Assembly (NCBI GenBank): GCA_964016885.1
Contig: OZ024742.1
Location: 8,928,001 to 8,992,000 of the forward strand
Direction of reading: 5' to 3'
Length of the DNA: 64,000 nt
DNA from: Eledone cirrhosa
Lineage: Eukaryota
Shown here: in pieces, positions 37,404 through 53,800 of the stretch
How positions within the stretch are numbered: the stretch's first letter is position 1
How the letters are laid out: each line of letters begins with the position of its first letter
The notes under the pieces: generated by a model
What the model saw: the letters and a program-made list of their open reading frames with translations, nothing else
The model's database searches: none
What the model was told of the DNA's origin: nothing
Made by a program: the position numbers and the translations under genes

Positions 37404-37472
37404 TACACACCACAGACACACAGGTATATACATATATATATATACACACGCATACACACCACAGACAGACAG

Positions 37473-37505
<33 letters not shown>
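37147..37505. repeat. Compound minisatellite: ~30-bp CA-rich cassette x5 separated by variable (TA)n
   Basis: CACACACATACACACCACAGACA(G/C)ACAGGT at ~37201, 37280, 37329, 37395 and 37445. Confidence 0.9.
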
Positions 37506-37509
<4 letters not shown>

Positions 37510-38784
37510 TGTATGTGTATGTTCCCGTCATTCAATAATATCGACAGCCCCTGTAAATACAAACTTAAAAAAAGCTATCTTTCTCTACGTGAACTCTTAT
37601 TTAGTGAACCAAAAACCATGAGTGTGTGTGTGCGTGCGTTTGCGTGTGTGTGTGTGTTTGTTTGCCAGCATGTATGTGTGTGTATGTGTGTGTGTGTTTG
37701 CGTGTATGTATGTGTGTGTAATTTATTGCAAAGGTGTTCTGTAAGTATATTTATACAGTAATATATTCATACACATGCTCAATTGCATGCATTTATTTAT
37801 GTGTGTATGTATGTATTAATGTTCGATATATTACATATATATATATATATACGCTCAGCAATCTCCCCTGCCTTGAGTACTCTCATGACTTGTGCCCCCA
37901 CTGTCGTGGCATAGCAAACACACTCTAGTTTTGGGAGTGTATATATATATATATGTTACACATGGGTATTAGGCTTATATTTATATGCATATAGTTTTTT
38001 TTAGCTGCATATACACACACGCACTCATTCACCAACCACATATATACACAGATATGCATTATACATATATATATTTTTGACTATATATATATATGTTTGA
38101 CTATAACTGTTATACATAAACAGAAACGAGCATGTATATATGTACCTATATATATATATACATATATACATGTTTAATATATTTATATATATATATATGC
38201 ATGTGTGAGTATATATAGATGTTACTATATGTTTTTGTCTAAGTGTTTCAGATAGAGAGTGTGTGTGTGTGTGTGTGTGTGTGTCTGTGTGTGTGTGTGT
38301 AAAGGAACACATCATTGTATATACTATACACATGATACTACAGATATGTATGTATATAAGTGTCATATATAGAGTATTGTTCGACTGATAGACTTCTGCG
38401 TTCTAAATATATATGATTGAGAAATGTTTGCTGTAGCCATATAATGGTTGGTGAAATCATTGAATACAGCAATGGAACTCTCTCACCTTGCTAATGGGAC
38501 TCTACCAAAAGCATTTTGATGTACTCACAGCGGGGTACCATCTCTATTTCTGTTCCGTATTCAGACAACACAGCCACAAACACACACATACACACACATA
38601 CACACAAACACATATACACATACTTACACAAACGCTTAAAATATGTACGAATAGTTATATACATATATGTATATATGTACGAATGTATGTTTGTATATAT
38701 ATATATATATATATACATGTGTGTGTGGCGATTTAAGTGCATAAAGAGGCGAGTGAATCATCAGTATTGGGCTTTTATATAAGC

Positions 38785-38901
<117 letters not shown>

Positions 38902-38954
38902 GAGACAGCACCTATACACGTACACTTGTAAATTTATATATATATATATACATA

Positions 38955-39157
38955 TAGGAAAAAGTTTAACCCCAAAGTCAGGATATGGCGTGGTAGTGTC
39001 GGAAAGCGTTCTACTACGCAGGTAGGAGCTAGATAACGAAGGAGGTGTGGTAAGGAACCAGGTGGACCATAACGCACCAGAGTACTCAATACTTAGGGTA
39101 GTAGAGTGGGCAATAGGAAAAAGTTTGGGGTTAAACATTTTCCTATTACCCACTCTA
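38955..39157. mobile_element. Family B Penelope-type terminal fragments (minus-strand 3' end plus short inverted piece)
   Basis: 39034-39120 is nearly identical to 875-960. It is followed by GGGGTTAAACATTTTCCTATTACCCACTCTA in the opposite orientation. A further short piece lies at 38955-38973. Confidence 0.7.
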
Positions 39158-39394
39158 ATATTATATTATACGATATTATAGTAATATTATATTCTTTCTT
39201 TTTCTTTACCCTGCAATCCCCCTTGGTGGAGTCTTTGCGGCGCGGTAGTCGCATAAAGTGTTTCTTGGACATTTTAAAGTCTGGCTGATCCCGTCTCTCC
39301 ACGCCTGAGTATAGAAGATTTCTTGAAGAGAAGGAGAGACGGTGAGAGAATGGAAGTGAGAAAGCAATTATAGATAAAGAAACAACCTCTTTAC

Positions 39395-39510
39395 TAGACT
39401 GGTATATGTTTATCGATGACGAAAGGATGAAAGGCAAAGTTGACCCTGGAGATATTCGAATTCAGAGAACAGAGAGCCGGAACGAATACTACAAAATATT
39501 TTATCTAACG
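39395..39510 (-). mobile_element. tRNA-derived SINE (family D)
   Basis: GACTGGTATATGTTTATCGATGACGAAAGGATGAAAGGCAAAGTTGACC...ATTCGAATTCAG is the reverse complement of the family D body. Confidence 0.75.
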
Positions 39511-39680
39511 TCGGTAGAGGGTCGGACGCCATGCTTTGATGCGTAGAGTTTCAGCCCTTGCAATTCTGAGTTCAAATCCCGCCGAGGTTAACTTTGCCTA
39601 TCATCCTTACGGGGTCAATAAAATAAAGTACTAGTAATGCACCGGGTAATTGCTGGCCTTGTGCCTAAAGTAGAAACAAT
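39511..39680 (+). mobile_element. tRNA-derived SINE (family D)
   Basis: Box B GAGTTCAAATCCC (~39568), then GCCGAGGTTAACTTTGCCTATCATCCTTACGGGGTCAATAAAATAAAGTACTAG, with tail GCTGGCCTTGTGCCTAAAGTAGAAAC. Confidence 0.8.
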
Positions 39681-39728
39681 TATATAATATAATATTATAT
39701 TATATATACCTGGTGTGGTGTTCGTTTG

Positions 39729-40670
<942 letters not shown>

Positions 40671-41534
40671 ACAACATTCAGCTATTAACACCTCAGATCA
40701 TCGCAACAATATGTTATTGGAAGATAATATCAATATTTGAAGATTCGTTGCTATGTCGAAACAGTTTGTCAAAACGTATGAATATATTCAGGTTTATTAG
40801 CTGCTCGTTGGTTTGTTTTTGTGGTTGAATATAGGTGGACAGTTTGGGGGTAAATTATATGTAGAGGACCTTATTCATATGTTAACATGTATATTTCACA
40901 AGAATTCCTGTACTATATCATCCCAACCATAGTTGAATATTAGACTATATTATATGTATTAGGGAATATATACATTTTCCACACGGTAGAGTATTCTGAT
41001 CTGTTCGTAAAAAGAGCATAGATTTCATGACGTTAGCTAATCTCAATGGTGGGCATCAGTCTCAGAATTGAATTGCGCAGTAATCAATCTCTGCAAGACA
41101 CAGTTCCCAACACGTGTCATTGCAATATAATACACAGTAATATCCCAGACGTATTCACAAGAATGTGGTTTACAAATGAAATAAATGAGAAACACTTCCC
41201 TAGAACGTTCTGAGTATCCAGAAACCTATTTATTTACAACCACCAGTTGTTTTGGCTTTTAACGTTTCATTGCGAGTGTACAATTCTAGCGACACCTACT
41301 TCCGGCTGTATAAAGTTACTTTATGTCCTCAATAATTTGTTGGAGTAAGAAAGCAGGGTTGTTATAAATACGTATTTATGTCATGCATTCCTTATTTAAT
41401 TTAACGTCTCTCATCAAACTTGTTTAGTTTAAAATCAATTTCGTTTAGTGTTGTTTCCTCTGCCACTCATTTTAAAATGTCATCAATTTTTTCAATCACG
41501 TTAGTAAATATTTTGTTTGTACTCTGACCATATA

Positions 41535-41620
41535 AGGTGAATAAGTGGCAGAGACTTTAGAACGTCGGAGACAATAGAATGGTTTGTGGTATTCGTCTCG
41601 GCTTTCTACTTTCTCAGTTC
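41535..41620 (+). mobile_element. Truncated SINE head (family D)
   Basis: AGTGGCAGAGACTTTAGAACGTCGG...TTGTGGTATTCGTCTCGGCTTTCTACTTTCTCAGTTC resembles the 5' part of the 35365-35520 and 39511 copies. Confidence 0.55.
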
Positions 41621-41670
41621 ACCCCACCCCCCATATCAACTTTGTTTCATATATATATACATACATATAT

Positions 41671-42340
<670 letters not shown>

Positions 42341-42356
42341 ATATATATATATATAT

Positions 42357-44165
42357 GGAAGAAGTTATAGTTCACATGAAGCATTGTGTAATGAGGTATA
42401 AACGTTGTATATGTATAATAAAGCCAAAACAATGCAGGTGTGGACATAGCATAAAGAATGCAAATGCAAAAGATATTGTTGACAATTAGTCTTTTACCTT
42501 AGATTTATTTAAATGTCCTTAATTTTCGAGATAATATCTCTTCTTCGGAGGGAAGTAAAGCGGTTAAACCAGTGTTCCAAATAGCTTGCCAAGTCATGCT
42601 GACAGGAAATGGTATAGAGTATCTGTTCTATCTCTAATATCAAAGAGTTAAGGTTAGGTGGATAAAGAATAGTCTCCCTTTAAAAGGGTATTTTTTTTGT
42701 ACATGCCTGTTTAAGTGTGTGGGAGGATGCGTGAATGTGTAAGTATGTGTGTGTGTGAGTGTGAGAAGATATGTCTATACGTAAATGTAGGGGATAGATG
42801 TTCTCTCGCGTTAGAACTGGTCTTTGTATGTGTATGTGTGTGTGTGAGAGAGAATAATTGGAGTTGTAAGCGTGTGTATGTGTGTGTGTGTGTGCATGTG
42901 TATGTGTGGGAGTGGGTGTAAATATGGGGCTAGATGCTCTATCAAGTTATAAATTGGGTGTTGAGTTCTAGTCTATTATTGATTGGTGGTTGTGTTTTGT
43001 CTATAATTAGTGCTTCCTTAATTCTAAGATTGCCGAGCTTTCTTTCCTTAGTTTCTATCCTTAATGTTATGGTTTTGTCGGTGTTTTTGCATTTAACTAG
43101 GTGTTTCTTAATTGTTAATTGAGGAAGCGTTAGTATTGAGGTGTTCTTTTATACTTATGTGGAGTGGTCTGGTGGTGCTACCTACGTAGAAGTTGCTGCA
43201 TTTGTCGCACTCTAGTCTGTATACGACGTAAGTCTGGTGGCATAGGTCTGTGTCGTTGATGGGGCAGTTGGCTAGCCTGCAGCGGTTGTCATGTCTGGTG
43301 GAGTGTCTTTTGGTTAGCTGTCCGCGTAGAGAAGGACCTGAGTGGGCCAGTTGGATATCTTGTCCCTCTCGTTTGATAGCTCTGTGGATGGCTGTTGTTG
43401 TTTCGTCACTGAAGTGTGGGAGCTTCAGGAAGCAAGTGTTAGTGCCTCGGGTGTGGTGTCTTTTGTTCTTTCTGGCACGGTTTGTGGTGGATGTTGTGTA
43501 TCCGTTCAGTTTGAGTACTTCCAAGAAATGTGTGGTGTGTGTGTCTAGGTCTCTAGCGTCGGTGCATTTGTTCCGGATACGTATAGTTCGTTCCTTATGT
43601 ACCCGAGCTTAGCGCCGGCTTGGAGGGCCGATCTGAAATGTACGAACAGGTCCCTGCTGGCGGCTTTTTTATAGAAGTAGGATTCGATGTTGCCTTCTTC
43701 TGTTACCCTGAGTTAGAAGTCCAGTAGGGATAGGGATCCGCGGTCATCGGGGTTCTCCATGCTGAACTTTATACTGGCGTCCATGCTGGAGAATGTTGTG
43801 TATATTTTATCCGCCTCCTCACGCGATGATGTAAGGATGAGTATGTAATCTACATATCGGGAGAAGAAGGTATGGGAATGGCAGGTGTTGAGGGCTCGGC
43901 ATTCTAGCTGGATCAATATAGGTGATGGCCAGCAGACACGATAGGCTGGATCCCATGGGTAATCCTGTTGTCTGTCTGTATGTGTGGTGGTAGAAGGTGA
44001 AGTACGTGTTGTCTACTGTGAAGGACAAAAGCTGGTGTATGTCCGTCGGATGGAGGCCGTAGCAGTGGATGTCCTCTGCGACCACGCTGTCCGTCAATAA
44101 ATCGACAGCTGGATGAGCAGGGACTGTAGTGTAGAGGGAGACAACGTTGAGGCTAAAGGCGTATC
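42357..44165 (-). mobile_element. Penelope-like element (PLE), 5'-truncated and decayed
   Basis: RT and GIY-YIG remnants at 42942-44160, a CA-rich 3' UTR, a hammerhead-like motif at 42516-42553, and a 3' end abutting (TA)n at 42340-42356. Confidence 0.85.
42942..44160 (-). pseudogene. PLE reverse transcriptase + GIY-YIG endonuclease pseudogene
   Basis: RT motifs FSLNVVSLYTTVP, YRQTTGLPMGSSLS, FFSRYVDYIL (YVDD-like) and SLSLLDF; thumb region FYKK..RDLFVHFRS; GIY-YIG VVYRLECDKCSNFYVGSTTRPLHISIKEH; C-terminus LRIKEALIIDKTQPPINNRLE. Lesions include a stop at 43713, frameshifts, and a 7-bp duplication (CAATTAA) near 43110. Confidence 0.92.
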
Positions 44166-44804
44166 AACTCGGGGAGGAGGCTTGGTTTGAACTCCAAATG
44201 GCGGATCATTCTACTTTGAAAAAGAATCGTTTTTCAATATTACTCTAGCCCTGGCCGGCCATAGGATCCAACCTTTTTGCCAGCATATGATGAGGTTTTA
44301 TTACCACTGCAATCAGAAGCGACGCACGCAAACTTACACACGCACCCGTGCATTTACACACACGTACACACTCCTCACACAAATTGATAGATTTACTTTC
44401 TGTGGAACGCTGCACGCAAGCACACACACATAAATATGCGCGCACGTACATACACACGCACACATGTTAATAGTTAAAGCTTTCCTTCCACTCTTATTTC
44501 CACACACATCACTCATACACATGTCTCTACATTGACATATATACATAGTGTATCCAACACATCATTCACTTTGCCACTTTGTTTCTAACTCTCCCCTCCC
44601 ATACCCTCATTGCCATTATGCATATTAATTTAAGTTTGGCGTCGTTGAGGTGGGCGGAGTCGTTTGAAACCTATAAACCAAAGATAATCGAGAATTATAA
44701 CACACGGAATTCTGACATTGTTGAAATTAATATATAGCTATTACAAATATATATTTCAATACGGGAATTGAATAATGAAGACCGTATATAATGTCATAAA
44801 GAGC

Positions 44805-47800
44805 ACATATATATAGAGACAGACAACACAGTATTGGCTACAGTATCACATATATATAGAGACAGACAACACAGTATTGGCTACAGTATAACATATATAT
44901 AGAGACAGACAACACAGTATTGGCTACCGTATCATATATATATAGAGACAGACAACACAGTATTGGCTAGAGTATCAAATATATATAGAGACAGACAACA
45001 CAATATTGGCTACAGTATCACATATATATAGAGACAGGCAACACAGTATTGACTACAGTATCACATATATATAGAGACAGACAACACATTATTGGCTACA
45101 GTATCACATATATATAGAGACAGACAACACAGTATTGGCTACAGTATCACATATATACAGAGACAGACAATACAGTATTGGCTACAGTATCACATATATA
45201 TAGAGACAGACAACACAGTATTGGCTACAGTATCACATATATACAGAGACAGACAACACAGTATTGGCTACAGTATCACATATATATAGAGACAGACAAC
45301 ACAGTATTGGCTAGAGTATCACATATATATAGAGACAGACAACACAGTATTCGCTACAGTATCACATATATATAGAGACAGACAACACAGTATTGGCTAC
45401 AGTATCACATATATATAGAGACAGACAACACAGTATTGGCTACAGTATCACAAATATATAGAGACAGACAACACAGTATTGGCTACAGTATCACATATAT
45501 ACAGAGTCAGACAACACAGTATTGGCTACAGTATCACATATATATAGAGACAGACAACACAGTATTGGCTACAGTATCACAAATATATAGAGACAGACAA
45601 CACAGTATTTGCTACAGTATCACATATATATAGAGACAGACAACACAGTATTGTCTAGAGTATGGCATATATATAGAGACAGACAACACAGTATTGGCTA
45701 CAGTATCACATATATATAGAGACAGACAACACAGTATTGGCTACAGTATCACATATATACAGAGACAGACAACACAGTATTGGCTACAGTATCACATATA
45801 TATAGAGACAGACAACACAGTATTGGCAACTGTATCACATAAATATAGAGACAGACAACACAGTATTGGCTACAGTATCACATATATATAGAAACAGACA
45901 ACACAGTATTGGCTACAGTATCACATATATATAGAGACAGACAACACAGTATTGGTTACAGTATAACATATATATAGAGACAGACAACACAGTATTGGCT
46001 ACAGTATCACATATATATAGAGACAGACAACACAGTATTGGCTACAGTATCACATATATATAGAGACAGACAACACAGTATTGGCTACAGTATCACATAT
46101 ATATAGAGACAGACAACACAGTATTGGCTACAGTATCACATATATATAGAGACAGACAACACAGTATTGGTTACAGTATCACATATATATAGAGACAGAC
46201 AACACAGTATTGGCTACAGTATCACATATATATAGAGACAGACAACACAGTATTGGCTACAGTATCACATATATATAGAGACAGACAACACAGTATTGGT
46301 TACAGTATCTCATATATATAGAGACAGACAACACAGTATTGGCTACAGTATCACATATATATAGAGACAGACATCACAGTATTGGCTAGAGTATCACATA
46401 TATATAGAGACAGACAACACAGTATTGGCTACAGTATCACATATATATAGAGACAGACATCACAGTATTGGCTACAGTATCACATATATATAGAGACAGA
46501 CAACACAGTATTGGCTACAGTATCACATATATATAGAGACAGACAACACAGTATTGGCTACAGTATCACATATATATAGAGACAGACAACACGGTATTGG
46601 CTACAGTATCATATATATATAGAGACAGCCATCACAGTATTGGCTAGAGTATCACATATATATAGAGACAGACAACACGGTATTGGCTACAGTATCACAT
46701 ATATATAGAGACAGACATCACAGTATTGGCTACAGTATCACATATATATAGAGACAGACAACACAGTATTGGCTAGAGTATCACATATATATAGAGACAG
46801 ACAACACAGTATTGGCTACAGTATAACATATATATAGAGACAGACAACACAGTATTGGCTACAGTATCACATATATATAGAGACAGACAACACAGTATTG
46901 GCTACAGTATCACATATATACAGAGACAGACAACACAGTATTGGCTACAGTATCACATATATATAGAGACAGACAACACAGTATTGGCTACATTATCACA
47001 TATATATAGAGACAGACAACACAGTATTGGTTACAGTATCACATATATATAGAGACAGACAACACAGTATTGGTTACAGTATCACATATATATAGAGACA
47101 GACAACACAATATTGGCTACAGTATCACATATATATAGAGACAGACAACACAGTATTGGCTACAGTATCACATATATATAGAGACAGACAACACAGTATT
47201 GGTTACAGTATCACATATATATAGAGACAGACAACACAGTATTGGCTACAGTATCACATATATATAGAGACAGACAACACAGTATTGGCTACAGTATCAC
47301 ATATATATAGAGACAGACAACACAGTATTCGCTACAGTATCACATATATATAGAGACAGACAACACAGTATTGGCTACAGTATCACATATATATAGAGAC
47401 AGACAACACAGTAATGGCTACAGTATCACAAATATATAGAGACAGACAACACAGTATTTGCTACAGTATCACATATATATAGAGACAGACAACACAGTAT
47501 TGTCTAGAGTATAACATATATATAGAGACAGAAAACACAGTATTGGCTACAGTATCACATATATATAGAGACAGACAACACAGTATTGGCAATTGTATCA
47601 CATATATATAGAGACAGACAACACAGTATTGGCTACAGTATCACATATATATATATAGACAGACAACACTATTGGCTACAGTATCTCATATATATAGAGA
47701 CAGACAACACAGTATTGGCTACAGTATCACATATATATAGAGACAGACAACACAGTATTGGCTACAGTATCACTTATATATAGAGACAGACAACACAGTA

Positions 47801-50800
47801 TTGGCTACAGTATCACTTATATATAGAGACAGACAACACAGTATTGGCTACAGTATCACATATATATAGAGACAAACATCACAGTATTGGCTACAGTATC
47901 ACATATATATATAGAGATAGACAACACAGTATTGGCTACAGTATCACATATATATAGAGACAGACAACACAGTATTGGTTACAGTATCACATATATATAG
48001 AGACAGACAACACAGTATTGGCTACAGTATCACATATATATAGAGACAGACAACACAGTATTGGTTACAGTATAACATATATATAGAGACAGACAACACG
48101 GTATTGGCTACAGTATCATATATATATAGAGACAGACATCACAGTATTGGCTAGAGTATCACATATATATAGAGACAGACAACACAGTATTGGCTACAGT
48201 ATAACATATATATAGAGACAGACAACACAGTATTGGCTACAGTATCACATATATATAGAGACAGACAACACAGTATCGCCTAGAGTATCACATATATATA
48301 GAGACAGACAACACAGTATTGGTTACAGTATCACATATATATAGAGACAGACAACACAGTATTGGCTACAGTATCACATATATATAGAGACAGACAACAC
48401 AGTATCGCCTAGAGTATCACATATATATAGAGACAGACAACACAGTATTGGCTACAGTATCACATATATATAGAGACAGACAACACAGTATTGGCTACAG
48501 TATCACATATATATAGAGACAGACAACACAGTATTGGTTACAGTATCACATATATATAGAGACAGACAACACAGTATTGGCTACAGTATCACATATATAT
48601 AGAGACAGACAACACAGTATTGGCTACAGTATCACATATATATAGAGACAGACAACACAGTATTGGTTACAGTATCACATATATATAGAGACAGACAACA
48701 CAGTATTGGCTACAGTATCACATATATATAGAGACAGACAACACAGTATTGGCTACAGTATCACATATATATAGAGAACGACAACACAGTATCGCCTACA
48801 GTATCACATATATATATAGAGACAGACAACACAATATTGGCTACAGTATCACATATATATAGAGACAGACAACACAGTATTGGCTACAGTATCACATATA
48901 TACAGAGACAGACAACACAGTATTGGCTACAGTATCACATATATATAGAGACAGACAACACAGTATTGGCTACAGTATCACATATATACAGAGACAGACA
49001 ACACAGTATTGGCTACAGTATCACATATATATAGAGACAGACAACACAGTATTGGCTAGAGTATCACATATATATAGAGACAGACAACACAGTATTGGCT
49101 ACAGTATCACATATATATAGAGACAGACAACACAGTATTGGCTACAGTATCACATATATACAGAGACAGACAACACAGTATTGGCTGCAGTATCACATAT
49201 ATATAGAGACATACAACACAGTATTGGCAACTGTATCACATAAATATAGAGACAGACAACACAGTATTGGCTACAGTATCACATATATATATATAGACAG
49301 ACAACACTATTGGCTACAGTATCTCATATATATAGAGACAGACAACACAGTATTGACTACAGTATCACATATATATAGAGACAGACAACACGGTATTGGC
49401 TACAGTATCATATATATATAGAGACAGACATCACAGTATTGGCTAGAGTATCACATATATATAGAGACAGACAACACGGTATTGGCTACAGTATCACATA
49501 TATATAGAGACAGACAACACAGTATTGGTTACAGTATAACATATATATAGAGACAGACAACACGGTATTGGCTACAGTATTATATATATATAGAGACAGA
49601 CATCACAGTATTGGCTACAGTATCACATATATATAGAGACAGACAACACAGTATTGGCTACAGTATCACAAATATATAGAGACAGACAACACAGTATTTG
49701 CTACAGTATCACATATATACAGAGACAGACAACACAGTATTGGCTACAGTATCACATATATATAGAGACAGACAACACAGTATTGTCTAGAGTATAACAT
49801 ATATATAGAGACAAACAACACAGTATTGGCTACAGTATCACATATATATAGAGACAGACAACACAGTATTGGCTACAGTATCACATATATACAGAGACAG
49901 ACAACACAGTATTGGCTACAGTATCAGATATATATAGAGACAGACAACACAGTATTGGCAACTGTATCACATAAATATAGAGACAGACAACACAGTATTG
50001 GCAACTGTATCACATAAATATAGAGACAGACAACACAGTATTGGCTACAGTATCACATATATATATATAGACAGACAACACTATTGGCTACAGTATCTCA
50101 TATATATAGAGACAGACAACACAGTATTGGCTACAGTATCACATATATATAGAGACAGACAACACAGTATTGGCTACAGTATCACATATATATAGAGACA
50201 GACAACACAGTATTGGTTACAGTATAACATATATATAGAGACAGACAAGACGGTATTGGCTACAGTATCATATATATATAGAGACAGACATCACAGTATT
50301 GGCTAGAGTATCACATATATATAGAGACAGACAACACGGTATTGGCTACAGTATCACATATATATAGAGACAGACAACACAGTATTGGCTACAGTATCAC
50401 ATATATATAGAGACAGACAACACGGTATTGGCTACAGTATCACATATATATAGAGACAGACATCACAGTATTGGCTACAGTATCACATATATATAGAGAC
50501 AGACAACACAGTATTGGCTACAGTATCACATATATATAGAGACAGACAACACAGTATTGGCTACAGTATCACATATATATAGAGACAGACATCACAGTAT
50601 TGGCTACAGTATCACATATATATAGAGCCAGACAACACAGTATTGGCTACAGTATCACATATATATAGAGACAGACAACACAGTATTGGCTACAGTATCA
50701 CATATATATAGAGACAGACATCACAGTATTGGCTACAGTATCACATATATATAGAGACAGACAACACAGTATTGGCAACTGTATCACATAAATATAGAGA

Positions 50801-53800
50801 CAGACAACACAGTATTGGCTACAGTATCACATATATATAGAGACAGACAACACAGTATTGGCAACTGTATCACATAAATATAGAGACAGACAACACAGTA
50901 TTGGCTACAGTATCACATATATATATATAGACAGACAACACTATTGGCTACAGTATCTCATATATATAGAGACAGACAATACAGTATTGGCTACAGTATC
51001 ACATATATATAGAGACAGACAACACAGTATTGGCTACAGTATCACATATATATAGAGACAGACAACACAGTATGGTTACAGTATAACATATATATAGAGA
51101 CAGACAACACGGTATTGGCTACAGTATCATATATATATAGAGACAGACATCACAGTATTGGCTAGAGTATCACATATATATAGAGACTGACAACACGGTA
51201 TTGGCTACAGTATCACATATATATAGAGACAGACAACACAGTATTGGCTACAGTATCACATATATATAGAGACAGACAACACGGTATTGGCTACAGTATC
51301 ACATATATATAGAGACAGACATCACAGTGTTGGCTACAGTATCACATATATATAGAGACAGACAACACAGTATTGGCTACAGTATCACATATATATAGAG
51401 ACAGACAACACAGTATTGGCTACAGTATCACATATATATAGAGACAGACATCACAGTATTGGCTACAGTATCACATATATATAGAGCCAGAGAACACAGT
51501 ATTGGCTACAGTATCACATATATATAGAGACAGACAACACAGTATTGGCTACAGTATCACATATATATAGAGACAGACATCACAGTATTGGCTACAGTAT
51601 CACATATATATAGAGACAGACAACACAGTATTGGCTACAGTATCACATATATATAGAGACAGACAACACAGTATTGGCTACAGTATCACATATATATAGA
51701 GCCAGAGAACACAGTATTGGCTACAGTATCACATATATATAGAGCCAGACAACACAGTATTGGCTAGAGTATAACATATATATAGAGACAGACAACACAG
51801 TATTGGCTACATTATCACATATATATAGAGAAAGACAACACAGTATTGGCTAGAGTATCACATATATATAGAGCCAGACAACACAGTATTGGCTAGAGTA
51901 TCACATATATATAGAGACAGACAACACAGTATTGGCTAGAGTATAACATATATATAGAGACAGACAACACAGTATTGGCTACAGTATCACATATATATAG
52001 AGACAGACAACACAGTATTGGCTAGAGTATCACATATATATAGAGCCAGACAACACAGTATTGGCTAGAGTATCACATATATATAGAGACAGACAACACA
52101 GTATTGGCTAGAGTATAACATATATATAGAGATAGACAACACAGTATTGGCTACAGTATCACATATATATAGAGACAGACAACACAGTATTGGCTAGAGT
52201 ATAACATATATATAGAGCCAGACAACACAGTATTGGCTAGAGTATCACATATATATAGAGACAGACAACACAGTATTGGCTACAGTATCACATATATATA
52301 GAGACAGACAACACTGTATTTGCTACAGTATCACATATATATAGAGACAGACAACAGAGTATTGGCTACAGTATCACATATATATAGAGACAGACAACAG
52401 AGTATTGGCTACAGTATCACATATATATAGAGACAGACAACACAGTATTGGCTACAGTATCTCATATATATTGAGACAGACAACACAGTATTGGCTACAG
52501 TATCACATATATATAGAGACAGACAACACAGTATTGGCTACAGTATCACATACATATAGAGACAGACAACACAGTATTAGCTACAGTATCACATATATAT
52601 AGAGACAGACAACTCAGTATTGGCTACAGTATCACATATATATAGAGACAGACAACACAGTATTGGCTACAGTATCACATATATATAGAGACAGACAACA
52701 CAGTATTGGCTAGAGTATCACATATATATAGAGCCAGACAACACAGTATTGGCTAGAGTATCACATATATATAGAGACAGACAACACAGTATTGGCTAGA
52801 GTATAACATATATATAGAGACAGACAACACAGTATTGGCTACAGTATCACATATATATAGAGACAGACAACACAGTATTGGCTAGAGTATAACATATATA
52901 TAGAGCCAGACAACACAGTATTGGCTAGAGTATCACATATATACAGAGACAGACAACACAGTATTGGCTACAGTATCACATATATATAGAGACAGACAAC
53001 ACAGTATTGGCTAGAGTATCACATATATATAGAGACAGACAACACAGTAATGGCTACAGTATCACATATATATAGAGACAGACAACACAGTATTGGCTAC
53101 AGTATCACATATATATAGAGACAGACAACACAGTATTGGCTACAGTATCACATATATATAGAGACAGACAACACAGTATTGGCTAGAGTATCACATATAT
53201 ATAGAGACAGACAACACAGTAATGGCTACAGTATCACATATATATAGAGACAGACAACACAGTATTGGCTACAGTATCACATATATATAGAGACAGACAA
53301 CACAGTATTGGCTAGAGTATCACATATATATAGAGACAGACAACACAGTATTGGCTACAGTATCTCATATATATAGAGACATACAACACAGTATTGGCTA
53401 CAGTATCACATATATATAGAGACAGACAACATAGTATTAGCTACAGTATCACATATATATAGAGACAGACAACACAGTAATGGCTACAGTATCACATATA
53501 TATAGAGACAGACAACACAGTATTGGCTACAGTATCACATATATATAGAGACAGACAACACAGTATTGGCTACAGTATCACATATATATAGAGACAAACA
53601 ACACAGTATTGGCAACTGTATCACATAAATATAGAGACAGACAACACAGTATTGGCTACAGTATCACATATATATAGAGACAGACAACACAGTATTGGCA
53701 ACTGTATCACATAAATATAGAGACAGACAACACAGTATTGGCTACAGTATCACATATATATATATAGACAGACAACACTATTGGCTACAGTATCTCATAT

